DNA of 32,000 nt, taken from assembly GCA_003194425.1 (NCBI GenBank), contig PQXB01000001.1, forward strand, positions 100,444-132,443, read 5' to 3'. Below the pieces are notes generated by a model. It saw only the letters and a program-made list of their open reading frames with translations, searched no databases and was not told the origin of the DNA. Positions 1 through 7,287 of the stretch are shown in pieces. The translations under genes were made by a program, and so were the position numbers. Position 1 is the stretch's first letter. Each line of letters opens with the position of its first letter. The stretch is from Candidatus Methanophagaceae archaeon (GTDB lineage Archaea > Halobacteriota > Syntropharchaeia > Alkanophagales > Methanospirareceae).

Positions 1-578
1 CCTGCCAGACTGACGCCACCGTTCGTGCCAACAGGAACTTTTTTTAGCGTTGTGATTAGCCTCGGCTCTCCGCCGTCCGCCTGCCCGATTTCTGTTGAAA
101 ATGTGTCTGCACAGGCGGTAGCGACCGCACCTGAGAAGCCGAGCAGGAAGACGGTCTTTTGAGAGAAGCCGTAAAAAACCGCGAAGACCAGCGGCGACAA
201 GCCGTTGCCAAGCACATTATTTATGTCTCGCATTCCCTTGCTCCCTCCTCCCTTTCCTCCTCCTCCTCCTCCCTTTCCTCCTCCGCTTTCACCGCCTCCT
301 CCTCCGCTTTCACCCCCTCCTCCGCCTTCTGCAACGCCGAGCAGTTCTTTCTTCTCGTACTTGTATTTCGTGACCAAGTTCCCAAAGACGAAGAACGCGA
401 GTAGCAGAAGCAGACCCGCGTAGCCAAACTCGAGCCCCAACGCCAACAAAATCACCACGCCAAGCCCGAGCGTGCCGAGAAACGCGGAGGTGTTTATTTT
501 GCGTTTTAGGTAAGCGTAAAGCACGAGCGAGAACGCTACCAAGACGGTAAGCCCGGTTAGAGTCGCAGTTTCAAACAT
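1..578 (-). CDS. DUF92/TMEM19 (COG1836) family integral membrane protein; C-terminal end lies beyond the window edge
   Basis: Own minus-strand translation from the ATG at 578..576: MFETATLTGLTVLVAFSLVLYAYLKRK...GNLVTKYKYEKK...CADTFSTEIGQADGGEPRLITTLKKVPVGTNGGVSLAG. It stays open to position 1, so it is absent from the ORF track (no stop in window). The start overlaps the upstream gene's stop (ATGTTTGA). It carries a Gly-rich repeat insert, GGGGGESGGGGGESGGGKGGGGGGKGGGSKG. Confidence 0.7.
   Translation of the reverse strand, partial: MFETATLTGLTVLVAFSLVLYAYLKRKINTSAFLGTLGLGVVILLALGLEFGYAGLLLLLAFFVFGNLVTKYKYEKKELLGVAEGGGGGESGGGGGESGGGKGGGGGGKGGGSKGMRDINNVLGNGLSPLVFAVFYGFSQKTVFLLGFSGAVATACADTFSTEIGQADGGEPRLITTLKKVPVGTNGGVSLA
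240..336. repeat. GGN-rich tandem repeats (about 21-bp units) inside the DUF92 gene
   Basis: cctcctccgctttcacc recurs. Encodes GGGGGES x2 and KGGGGGG x2. Confidence 0.8.
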
Positions 579-2115
579 TTTTACACCCCCTCGCAAAAAT
601 CCTGTCAAAAGTCTCTCTCTCAATTTCTTCGAAAAATATCGCCCGTCCGACCTCGCCACGCAGCCGCCTGACCTCGCGTAGTCCCATCGCGCCGAGAACC
701 TCAAGCAGCTGGTTCCGCCACGCACCGACGAGATTTATTATCCGCTGCGCCGCCCACTCGGCGTCCACTTCTTCCAACCCCACCGGACACTTCAGTCCCC
801 GCCCCTTAGCGTTCAGTCCCCCCCCCTTAGCGTTCAGTCCCCGCCCCTTAGCGCACGCTCTGCAGTAGCGGCACTCCAGAGCCAAAAGAAGCGGCAGGTC
901 AACCGCGGTCAAATCAGCACCGCAAATTATTGATTTCGCCACGTGCTCCGCCATTGCGATTCCTCCGCTCACTACGAGCGTTACCTCGTCCCGGATTCTA
1001 CGCTTCACCAAATGTCTGTGAACCTTCAGGGTCAGGTCATTTACAAATAAACTTTTTTCAAAAGTTTGCTGCGAGGTTTGTGCAGCGTTTTTGATCAAAC
1101 TTTTTTTGAAAGTTTGTCCGTTGAGGTCCGCACAAAGGTGAACGACTTCTACGCCTGCGTAGGTCAGTTCTTCCACGATTTCCGCTACTTCCTCGGCGAC
1201 GCTGAAAGGCACTCTCACCGCGACGAGCGTTCCAGGACTTAACCTCTTCGCCTCGCTCACTTCTCTCAAAACGCTTTCTCCACCGCCGTACTCAAATTCC
1301 ACCATTTTGCACACCTTAATCAAATCTTTCAGCGCAGCGTTTTTGGTCAAACTTTTTCTAAAACTTTGCGGCACCAAAAAATCCTTGTAGCCCGCGTTAA
1401 ACCACTCTCCTGCGTCCACAATCATAAAAGTGCCAAGACGAGAGGCAGCCCTCGCCACCGCTTCGTAGACGCTCTTAAACCTACCAAAAGGGAGTGCGTT
1501 AAAATTAAAAATTATCGGAATTGGAACGGTCAGTGTTGGTGGGACAGGAGACGCGATCTTCCCGTTACCGTGGACGTTACCGTGGGTGTTAACGTGGGTG
1601 TTAACGTGGGTGTTAAACTTGAGAGCAGGTAGCTTTCGCCCGACGTCCACTGCGGTGCTGATGTATTCGCGTCCGTGAATCCCGTCCCTCGTGGGTCGCA
1701 CGATTTCTGACATGTCCGTCCACATTGAATCGAAGCCTTCGCCTGAAAACGGTCCTGGGTAGCCCGCGCCAGAGACTGGGATCTTGCCGGTCTCCGCCTG
1801 GTACCAGTTCGTGCTGATTATTTCGGGCGTCCAGTAGGAGTCGCCGAGCAGGGAATATTCTGGGTTTTCACGGATGCTCAACGCCTCTCTCGGACACTCC
1901 TGCACGCAGCGGAAGCAGCCTTTACAGCGGTGTCCTTCGGGTTCTGCCATTTTTCTCGCGTCTTCTTCCCCCCGTTTGTGTACCTCGTAGACGCAAACGC
2001 TGGCACACTTTCCGCAATTTATGCAGCCACTCTCGTCCCGTCTTATCTCAAACTTCCCGATTGGTTTGTAGCGCGGCGGTCTCGGCACGACCGCAACGCT
2101 GTATTTTTTAGGCAT
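571..2115 (-). CDS. Glutamate-synthase-like FMN-domain oxidoreductase with N-terminal 2x[4Fe-4S] ferredoxin domain
   Basis: ORF 571..2154. N-terminal CINCGKCASVC...CKGCFRCVQECP. TDMSEIVRPTRDGIHGRE and VVSGGIAMAEHVAKSIICGADL...ALECRYCRAC...KCPVGL resemble the Glu_synthase FMN domain. The likely true start is the ATG at 2115 (MPKKYSVAV), because the 13 codons upstream are just a palindromic element. Confidence 0.7.
   Translation of the reverse strand: MPKKYSVAVVPRPPRYKPIGKFEIRRDESGCINCGKCASVCVYEVHKRGEEDARKMAEPEGHRCKGCFRCVQECPREALSIRENPEYSLLGDSYWTPEIISTNWYQAETGKIPVSGAGYPGPFSGEGFDSMWTDMSEIVRPTRDGIHGREYISTAVDVGRKLPALKFNTHVNTHVNTHGNVHGNGKIASPVPPTLTVPIPIIFNFNALPFGRFKSVYEAVARAASRLGTFMIVDAGEWFNAGYKDFLVPQSFRKSLTKNAALKDLIKVCKMVEFEYGGGESVLREVSEAKRLSPGTLVAVRVPFSVAEEVAEIVEELTYAGVEVVHLCADLNGQTFKKSLIKNAAQTSQQTFEKSLFVNDLTLKVHRHLVKRRIRDEVTLVVSGGIAMAEHVAKSIICGADLTAVDLPLLLALECRYCRACAKGRGLNAKGGGLNAKGRGLKCPVGLEEVDAEWAAQRIINLVGAWRNQLLEVLGAMGLREVRRLRGEVGRAIFFEEIERETFDRIFARGCKNV
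791..853. repeat. 21 bp x3 tandem repeat inside the GltS-like gene
   Basis: ttcagtccccgccccttagcg x3 (middle unit has 1-2 changes). Encodes GRGLNAK GGGLNAK GRGLK. Confidence 0.95.
1049..1068. repeat. Family-A palindromic element, in-frame in CDS
   Basis: AAACTTTT-TTC-AAAAGTTTG. Translated (minus strand) as QQTFEKSLF. Confidence 0.85.
1082..1116. repeat. Family-A palindromic element (35-bp long form), in-frame in CDS
   Basis: gcagcgtttttgatCAAACTTTttttgAAAGTTTG. Translated as QTFKKSLIKNAA. Confidence 0.9.
1334..1368. repeat. Family-A palindromic element (35-bp long form), in-frame in CDS
   Basis: gcagcgtttttggtCAAACTTTttctaAAACTTTG. Translated as QSFRKSLTKNAA. Confidence 0.9.
1564..1618. 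repeat. 12 bp x4.6 tandem repeat inside the GltS-like gene
   Basis: gttaccgtggac gttaccgtgggt gttaacgtgggt gttaacgtgggt gttaaac. Encodes NTHVNTHVNTHGNVHGN. Confidence 0.95.
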
Positions 2116-2116
2116 T

Positions 2117-2136
2117 AAACTTTTTCTAAAAGTTTG
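2117..2136. repeat. Family-A palindromic element, intercistronic
   Basis: AAACTTTT-TCT-AAAAGTTTG between the stop at 2144 and the ATG at 2115. Confidence 0.85.
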
Positions 2137-2143
2137 ACTAAAA

Positions 2144-4195
2144 CTAATTTTCATAAACGAGCCTCCAGTAGTCTTCGCTCGATTCCAACGCCGCGACGAA
2201 CTCCTTTACCTTCTCCTCCGCCGGCTTGCCAAACCTGTCTTCAAGCAGCTTTTCCAGCTCCGTCCACGCCGCGACGAGGTCAAGGTCGTTCTGACAGACC
2301 TCCCGGCACATCTCACAGTGCGTGCACAAAAAAACCTTGTCCGAGTCGCTTTTCGTTACTTCGCTGCCTGCACCCTTCCCTCTCTCTCTTCTCGTGCCTT
2401 CAAGAAGTTTCTTGGCGAGAAGAAGCTTGTTCTTTGGAATTACTCTCTCCTCGCAGGTAACAAGGTACGCGGGGCAGTTGGCAGCGCAACTCCCACACTT
2501 GACGCAGGAGTAAACCGCTCTTTCAAGCACCGACTCCTCTCTCTGCTCTTTCTTTTTATCTTTCTTTTTAACCTCCTCTTTGGCGGGTAAAAGCAGCGGG
2601 GCAAAGAGCGGCGTAGCCAAAGCCGCAGCACCGACTAACGGTTCGAAGACGAGCGGTTTGAAGACGACTCCGGGGAAGTTCCAGAATTTCGTCCGCACCG
2701 CGAAGAACTTGTTCGGGTTTAAAATCCCCCGCGGGTCGACTTTTTTCTTGTAGGCTTTGAGAGTTTTTAGCGTCGTTCTGCCAAATTTAGCCTTTACGAA
2801 CGGCGTGTTCCAAATTCCGACACCGTAAGGGACGCCGCCGAACTTTAGCCCGAGTCGCGTGAGAGCAGGGACAAGGCTCAGGTGGAGCAGGTAAGTCTTC
2901 GACTCTCGGGCGTCGCACTGGTGCGTTAAAATCAGGAGTGCCTCACCCTCGCCCGTTCCCTTCTGCCCCAAAATGTGTGACTCCGCCTGCAAATCCATTC
3001 CGCACCTCTCTGCCGCCCGCTTCGCTGCTTTAAGAAACGGAACCGCGTTCTCAAGCGGGAGGACGAGTTCACACGCCAGCGGAGTGGGCTTGCTGCCGCT
3101 ACTTCTCTTCATCGGAAAAAGCCGCTCGTGCCAGAGGTAGTTCGCAAGGTGTTCTTCTGCAAGCCTGCCCCGCCGCTGCGTCGCAAACTCGACAAATTTC
3201 GTCGCCTCTTCCTCCTCCTTCTCCTCTTCCTTCCCCTCTTCCTTCCCCTCTTCCTCCTCCCTCTCCTCCTCCCTCTCCTCCTCTCTCTCCTCCTCTCTCT
3301 CCTCCTCCCTCTCTTCCTCCTCCTCAAACTCCACCAACACTGCCTCCTTCACCGCGAACAAATCCTCGCCCAGCACCGCGTTCGCCTCTTCAAGATGCCC
3401 GGCGTCCAAATATTTTATGTGGTAAGGTTTGGGCTTGAAATCCGATTTTACCAAGTCCCGCACAAAATCAAACGCCGCTTCGCAACTCTCAAAATACGCC
3501 AAACGCGGCAGCGACCTTTTCGGCTTCTTTCGCAGTTTCAGGGTCGCAGTCAGAACCAAGCCGAACTGTCCCTCTGTCCCGAAGAACCGCTCAAACTCTG
3601 CTTCGTTTGACTGAAAGGTCTTCACCTCGCCCGACGGGAACAGAACCTCAAGCGACTCCACCTGCTCCTTGAGGTGTCCGAACCTGAAACTTCCTACTCC
3701 GTACCCCCCAGTAGCGACCCAACCGCCGACAGTCGAGAAGAAGCTCGAGGGGTAGGCTCGGAGTGAAAAATCTTCAGACTTCAAAAAGTTCTCGATTTCT
3801 GACCACCTCACGCCTGCTTGGACTTTTAGCGCCCTCCAATTTCCCTCTCTTTCAGATTTCTTTGGTAAAGGTTTCTTTTCTAAAGAAAGGTTTTTCAGGA
3901 GAGAGAAGTCAAGAATGACGCCTTTTACCGTAGGAAGAACGCCGCCGAGCCCGGAAGAAGCCGAGCCTCGTGGGAAGAGTGCCACCCTCTCGGCGTTTGC
4001 GAACCCAACGATTTTTTTTAGTGCGTCAACGCTTTTCGGCTGGACTACGAGTTCCGGAGTAGTCTCAAAGAGCCTGCTTGCGAACGGAACTTCGCCGATG
4101 TCCGTGCTGAAGAGTTCACGCTCGAAGTCGCCCTCCAAAATCCGCCCCTCGTCTCCGACGAGTTCTTTTAGCCTCTCTTTTAACTTCTCCACCAT
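2144..4195 (-). CDS. FAD-linked oxidase (GlcD / D-lactate dehydrogenase-like) fused to a C-terminal 2x[4Fe-4S] (GlpC/HdrD N-terminal-like) domain
   Basis: PCMH-type FAD-binding N-terminus (VVQPKSVDALKKIVGFANAERVALFPRGSASSGLGG). C-terminal CVKCGSCAANCP and CTHCEMCREVC. A long Glu-rich tandem-repeat insert sits mid-protein. Confidence 0.75.
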   Translation of the reverse strand: MVEKLKERLKELVGDEGRILEGDFERELFSTDIGEVPFASRLFETTPELVVQPKSVDALKKIVGFANAERVALFPRGSASSGLGGVLPTVKGVILDFSLLKNLSLEKKPLPKKSEREGNWRALKVQAGVRWSEIENFLKSEDFSLRAYPSSFFSTVGGWVATGGYGVGSFRFGHLKEQVESLEVLFPSGEVKTFQSNEAEFERFFGTEGQFGLVLTATLKLRKKPKRSLPRLAYFESCEAAFDFVRDLVKSDFKPKPYHIKYLDAGHLEEANAVLGEDLFAVKEAVLVEFEEEEEREEEREEEREEEREEEREEEEGKEEGKEEEKEEEEATKFVEFATQRRGRLAEEHLANYLWHERLFPMKRSSGSKPTPLACELVLPLENAVPFLKAAKRAAERCGMDLQAESHILGQKGTGEGEALLILTHQCDARESKTYLLHLSLVPALTRLGLKFGGVPYGVGIWNTPFVKAKFGRTTLKTLKAYKKKVDPRGILNPNKFFAVRTKFWNFPGVVFKPLVFEPLVGAAALATPLFAPLLLPAKEEVKKKDKKKEQREESVLERAVYSCVKCGSCAANCPAYLVTCEERVIPKNKLLLAKKLLEGTRRERGKGAGSEVTKSDSDKVFLCTHCEMCREVCQNDLDLVAAWTELEKLLEDRFGKPAEEKVKEFVAALESSEDYWRLVYEN
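3205..3325. repeat. 12-bp-period GAR-rich repeat tract inside the GlcD-like gene
   Basis: Encodes EEEEEREEEREEEREEEREEEREEEEGKEEGKEEEKEEEE. Confidence 0.9.
3866..3894. repeat. Family-B palindromic element, in-frame in CDS
   Basis: aaaGGTTTCTTTtctAAAGAAAGGttttt. Translated (minus strand) as KNLSLEKKPLP. Confidence 0.8.
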
Positions 4196-4210
4196 AATTT
4201 CCTCTTGCCT

Positions 4211-4741
4211 CTACAATCTAATTTTATTTTCTCTCACCTTTACCCTCACCCGCTTCTTAAGAACCGGAACCAACCGCTTTATTTTTATCTCCTCCTCTTT
4301 CTCTACCTTACACTCGCCAACAGGAAGATCTGGGCATTTTCCGTTCACTTCGTAGACAAAAAACCCCTCTTCGCCGTCGATTGACGCAATAAACTCTCTC
4401 TCGCCTACTTTTTTCATTCTCACACCGGCAACCGTCTGCAGTGCCTCCAAAATGCTCGTTCCCTTCTGAACTTCTACCTCGTGTTCCTCGCTAAAAGGCT
4501 CCAACACCTCGTACAACCGCTCTTTGTTCTTCCTTAACACTCTCAACACGTGCGTCCCGCCAAACTCCTCCCGCTCCACCAACCCCGCCGCCTCCAGAAT
4601 CTTGGCGTGCTTCGCCACAACCGGCACCGAAATGCCCATTTCCCTCGCCAAGCCCGAAATATGAAATTTACGCTGCCCCAAAAGTTTTAACATTTTTTGC
4701 CGCGTTTTACTGCTCAACGCCCTAAATATTTCCTCATTCAT
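4211..4741 (-). CDS. ArsR/SmtB-family winged-helix regulator with a C-terminal beta-grasp-like (possibly DUF4430-like) domain
   Basis: FRALSSKTRQKMLKLLGQRKFHISGLAREMGISVPVVAKHAKILEAAGLV is a typical ArsR HTH. The C-terminal domain assignment is a weak recollection only. Confidence 0.7.
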   Translation of the reverse strand: MNEEIFRALSSKTRQKMLKLLGQRKFHISGLAREMGISVPVVAKHAKILEAAGLVEREEFGGTHVLRVLRKNKERLYEVLEPFSEEHEVEVQKGTSILEALQTVAGVRMKKVGEREFIASIDGEEGFFVYEVNGKCPDLPVGECKVEKEEEIKIKRLVPVLKKRVRVKVRENKIRL

Positions 4742-4750
4742 TTTTCCCTC

Positions 4751-5008
4751 CTACCTCCTTTCCCACCGCACGAGGAAAGCGACTGCTGCTGCTAACAACC
4801 CCGCAACGCCGAAGACCGCCTCGAAACCCGGCTCTTCTGCTGCCTTAGTTTCCGTCTCTCTCGGCTTCGGAGACGCCGTCGCCGCTGGTGTTGGCGTGGA
4901 AGAGGAAGAGGGAGGAGGAGAGGGTTTTAAGGTTGCCGTTGGCGTTGAGGCCGCCGCTGCGCCGAGTGCTAAAATAATAAAAACCGCTGTAAATCTAACA
5001 ATTTTCAT
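4751..5008 (-). CDS. Small secreted protein: signal peptide + Pro/Ser/Thr linker + PGF-CTERM archaeosortase sorting signal
   Basis: N-terminal hydrophobic segment MKIVRFTAVFIILALGAAAA, a PT/S-rich middle, and the C-terminus EEPGFEAVFGVAGLLAAAVAFLVRWERR (PGF + TM helix + basic tail). Confidence 0.6.
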   Translation of the reverse strand: MKIVRFTAVFIILALGAAAASTPTATLKPSPPPSSSSTPTPAATASPKPRETETKAAEEPGFEAVFGVAGLLAAAVAFLVRWERR

Positions 5009-5042
5009 AACTACTTTTTTAATTTCTTAATGTTAAAAGATT

Positions 5043-6698
5043 ATGAAAATTTTGTTGGCAACAGGGAGGAGAGCGGAGGGGGTGGTAAAGAATGCAGTGA
5101 GATCTTTAGACTGCTGCGAGGTTCTTACGCAGGACTTGGGAATTGCCGCCTTCTCGACGCCCAAATCTCTGCGAAACGCACTTGAAAAAAATTTTATTTC
5201 CCCAAAAAATTACGACCTCGTTCTTGTCTCGGGGCTCTGTAAGTCTGATTTTAGCGGTTTAGAGAAAGAGCTCGCCACACCAGTCAGGCTGGGTCCCAGG
5301 CACGCCTACGACCTCGGAGAGGCGTTGCAACTCGCAGGAGCAGGAAAGGGTGTGGAAGCAGGAGAGGGAGAGAGAGAGGGAGTGGGAAAGGGTGAGGGAA
5401 AGGGAGTGGGAGAGGGAGTGGGAGAGGGAGAGAGAGAGGGAGTGGGAAAGGGAGTGAGAGTGGCGTCGTATTTCTCGCCGCTTACGCCTGCGGATTTATT
5501 TTTGGCGGAGAAGAGGCGAGAGAGCGCGAAGAAGCAGTTGGCGGAGTTAGAAAGGAGTGCAAGAGCAGAGTTCAGCGTAAAAGGAGTGAAAATCGGCGGA
5601 GGTGCAAGAATGAAAGTCTGCGCGGAGATTGTGGACGCGACGCTCTTGAGCGAGGAAAAAGTGCAGCGGAGAGCGAGATATTTCGTGGAGTGCGGTGCTG
5701 ACATTCTGGATGTTGGCGTTCATTTGGGTGCGAAGCCGGGCGCGGTGAGGCGGGCGGTAAGAGCGGCTCTTGGCGCCGCCCCCGAAGTCCCTCTCTCGGT
5801 TGACAGTTTAGACGCTGACCTAATTCTCGCAGGCGTCGAAGCCGGCGCCGAGATTGTGCTCAGCCTGAACCGCGAAAACATCGCGAGAGTGGGCAACGAA
5901 GTAGCAGCGAGAGGCGTAGCAGCGGTTGTAGTTCCCGATTTTGACGCACCTCCGAAGAAGAGTAACGAGAGCCTCTTTGAGAACTTAAGGCTGGCGGAGG
6001 AGCACGGCATAAAACGCGTAATCGCCGACCCTGTCTTGAACGCGGTCGGCTACGGAATTGCAGAGTCCCTGCACAACTATTTTCTCTTCAGAGAGCGGGA
6101 CAAAACCACGCCGCTCTTCTTTGGCGTCGGAAATGTCACGGAGTTGTTGGACGCAGACTCGGTGGGCGTGAACGCGGTCTTGGCGGGCGTGGCGTCCGAG
6201 TTGAACGCGGACATTCTTTTTACGCCCGAACACAGCGACAAGGCAAGAGGGAGCGTTAGAGAGTTGCGAGTGGCGTCAGAAATGATGACGCTCTCGAAAG
6301 CACGCTGTGTGGGAGGGGGCGGGAGCGCCCCAAAAGATGTTGGACTCGACCTCTTGGTCTTGAAAGAGAAGCGAAGCCACCCACCAAAGCAACTTCAGGA
6401 CAAAGACGAGCGGGGGGTTGTTCTCGCGAGCGGGGACGAGCAGTGGCGGCTTGACCCCAAGGGGTGCTTTAGAATCGGCGTCTGTGAAGTGGAGGGTAAG
6501 CGGAAAATTTATGCAAAACACACGCCAAGCGGGAGGAAAGTAGTAGGCGGAACTGCGAAGGAGGTTGCAGAAACAATCTTGCGGTTGGGTCTGGTCTCCC
6601 TGCTCGAGCACGCCGCTTACTTGAGTGCTGAGTTGACGAAGGCTGAACTCGCACTGCGGTTGGACAGGAGTTACGAGCAGGACGAGGTGCTATTTTAA
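5043..6698 (+). CDS. Dihydropteroate-synthase-like pterin-binding protein (archaeal MJ0107-type, with extra N- and C-terminal domains)
   Basis: DHPS-like motifs: YFVECGADILDVGV, PLSVDSLDADLILAGVEAGAEIVLSLN, VIADPVLNAVGYG. The C-terminal ~100 aa resemble DUF4346. A Gly/Glu-rich repeat insert lies near aa 100-140. Confidence 0.65.
   Translation: MKILLATGRRAEGVVKNAVRSLDCCEVLTQDLGIAAFSTPKSLRNALEKNFISPKNYDLVLVSGLCKSDFSGLEKELATPVRLGPRHAYDLGEALQLAGAGKGVEAGEGEREGVGKGEGKGVGEGVGEGEREGVGKGVRVASYFSPLTPADLFLAEKRRESAKKQLAELERSARAEFSVKGVKIGGGARMKVCAEIVDATLLSEEKVQRRARYFVECGADILDVGVHLGAKPGAVRRAVRAALGAAPEVPLSVDSLDADLILAGVEAGAEIVLSLNRENIARVGNEVAARGVAAVVVPDFDAPPKKSNESLFENLRLAEEHGIKRVIADPVLNAVGYGIAESLHNYFLFRERDKTTPLFFGVGNVTELLDADSVGVNAVLAGVASELNADILFTPEHSDKARGSVRELRVASEMMTLSKARCVGGGGSAPKDVGLDLLVLKEKRSHPPKQLQDKDERGVVLASGDEQWRLDPKGCFRIGVCEVEGKRKIYAKHTPSGRKVVGGTAKEVAETILRLGLVSLLEHAAYLSAELTKAELALRLDRSYEQDEVLF
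5361..5452. repeat. 60-bp-period repeat with 12-bp subrepeats inside the DHPS-like gene
   Basis: ggagagggagagagagagggagtgggaaaggg occurs at 5361 and 5421. Encodes GEGEREGVGKG..GEGEREGVGKG. Confidence 0.9.
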
Positions 6699-7147
6699 AA
6701 TCTGCCTCTACCTCCACCTCTTCTACCTCCACCTCTGCCACCGCCTCGTCCGCTTCCGACACCTCCAACGCCACTGCCGAGAGCCTGTCCTGAATGAGCC
6801 GGGACAGTCGGAGCCTCTGCTGCTTTATTTAGACCGCCGCTTTTGTACTTCTCGACTACTTCTTTCACCGTGCCGAACGCCCCAGTCGCGATTTTAACGC
6901 CTGCTGCGGAGAGCACTTGAAAAGCGTTAGGACCAACATTCCCTGTAACAAGCACCTCTGCATTTTTATTCACGACTGTCTCCGCTGCCTGTATTCCTGC
7001 TCCTCCGGGTGCGTTAAAGGCTTCGTTTGGCATCGCCTCGAAATCCGTCGTCTCCGAGTCAACGAAGACGAAATATTTGCACCTTCCAAACCTCGGGTCT
7101 ACCTCTGCACTCAAATCCCCCGCTACTGCAGTTACGCATATTTTCAT
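6695..7147 (-). CDS. NifX/NifB-C-terminal-like (dinitrogenase FeMo-cofactor-binding fold, MTH1175-type) protein with an Arg/Gly-rich tail
   Basis: MKICVTA...VDPRFGRCKYFVFVDSET...GGAGIQAAETVVNKNAEVLVTGNVGPNAFQVLSAAGVKI is typical of PF02579-type proteins. The C-terminus is GSGVGGVGSGRGGGRGGGRRGGGRGRF. Confidence 0.75.
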   Translation of the reverse strand: MKICVTAVAGDLSAEVDPRFGRCKYFVFVDSETTDFEAMPNEAFNAPGGAGIQAAETVVNKNAEVLVTGNVGPNAFQVLSAAGVKIATGAFGTVKEVVEKYKSGGLNKAAEAPTVPAHSGQALGSGVGGVGSGRGGGRGGGRRGGGRGRF

Positions 7148-7238
7148 TTTTTCTTTCTCCTTTCCTTTCTCTTCTCCTTTTTCCTCTTTTTCCTGATTTT
7201 TATTTTACCGTGCGTATTTATTTCTTACTACCTCGCTC

Positions 7239-7286
7239 TATAAAATGGTTTATAAAATGGTTTATAAAATGGTTTATAAAATGGTT
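7239..7286. repeat. 12 bp x4 perfect intergenic tandem repeat
   Basis: tataaaatggtt x4. The minus-strand reading is aaccattttata. Confidence 0.95.
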
Positions 7287-7287
7287 T

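Noticed and set aside
159-427. ORFs 159..404(+), 205..423(+) and 221..427(-)
   Set aside because: These are low-complexity shadow ORFs across the Gly-rich repeat of the DUF92 gene. The minus-strand DUF92 frame has clear family motifs.
1049-1368. Are the intragenic palindromes archaeal bulge-helix-bulge introns?
   Set aside because: I could not draw a BHB motif (4-bp helix flanked by 3-nt bulges) at the borders. All copies are in-frame and stop-free, which fits translation. RNA data are still needed to exclude excision.
3109-3610. ORFs 3109..3327(-) and 3128..3610(+)
   Set aside because: They are alternative-frame or antisense reads of the Glu-rich repeat inside the GlcD-like gene. Their products are pure low complexity.
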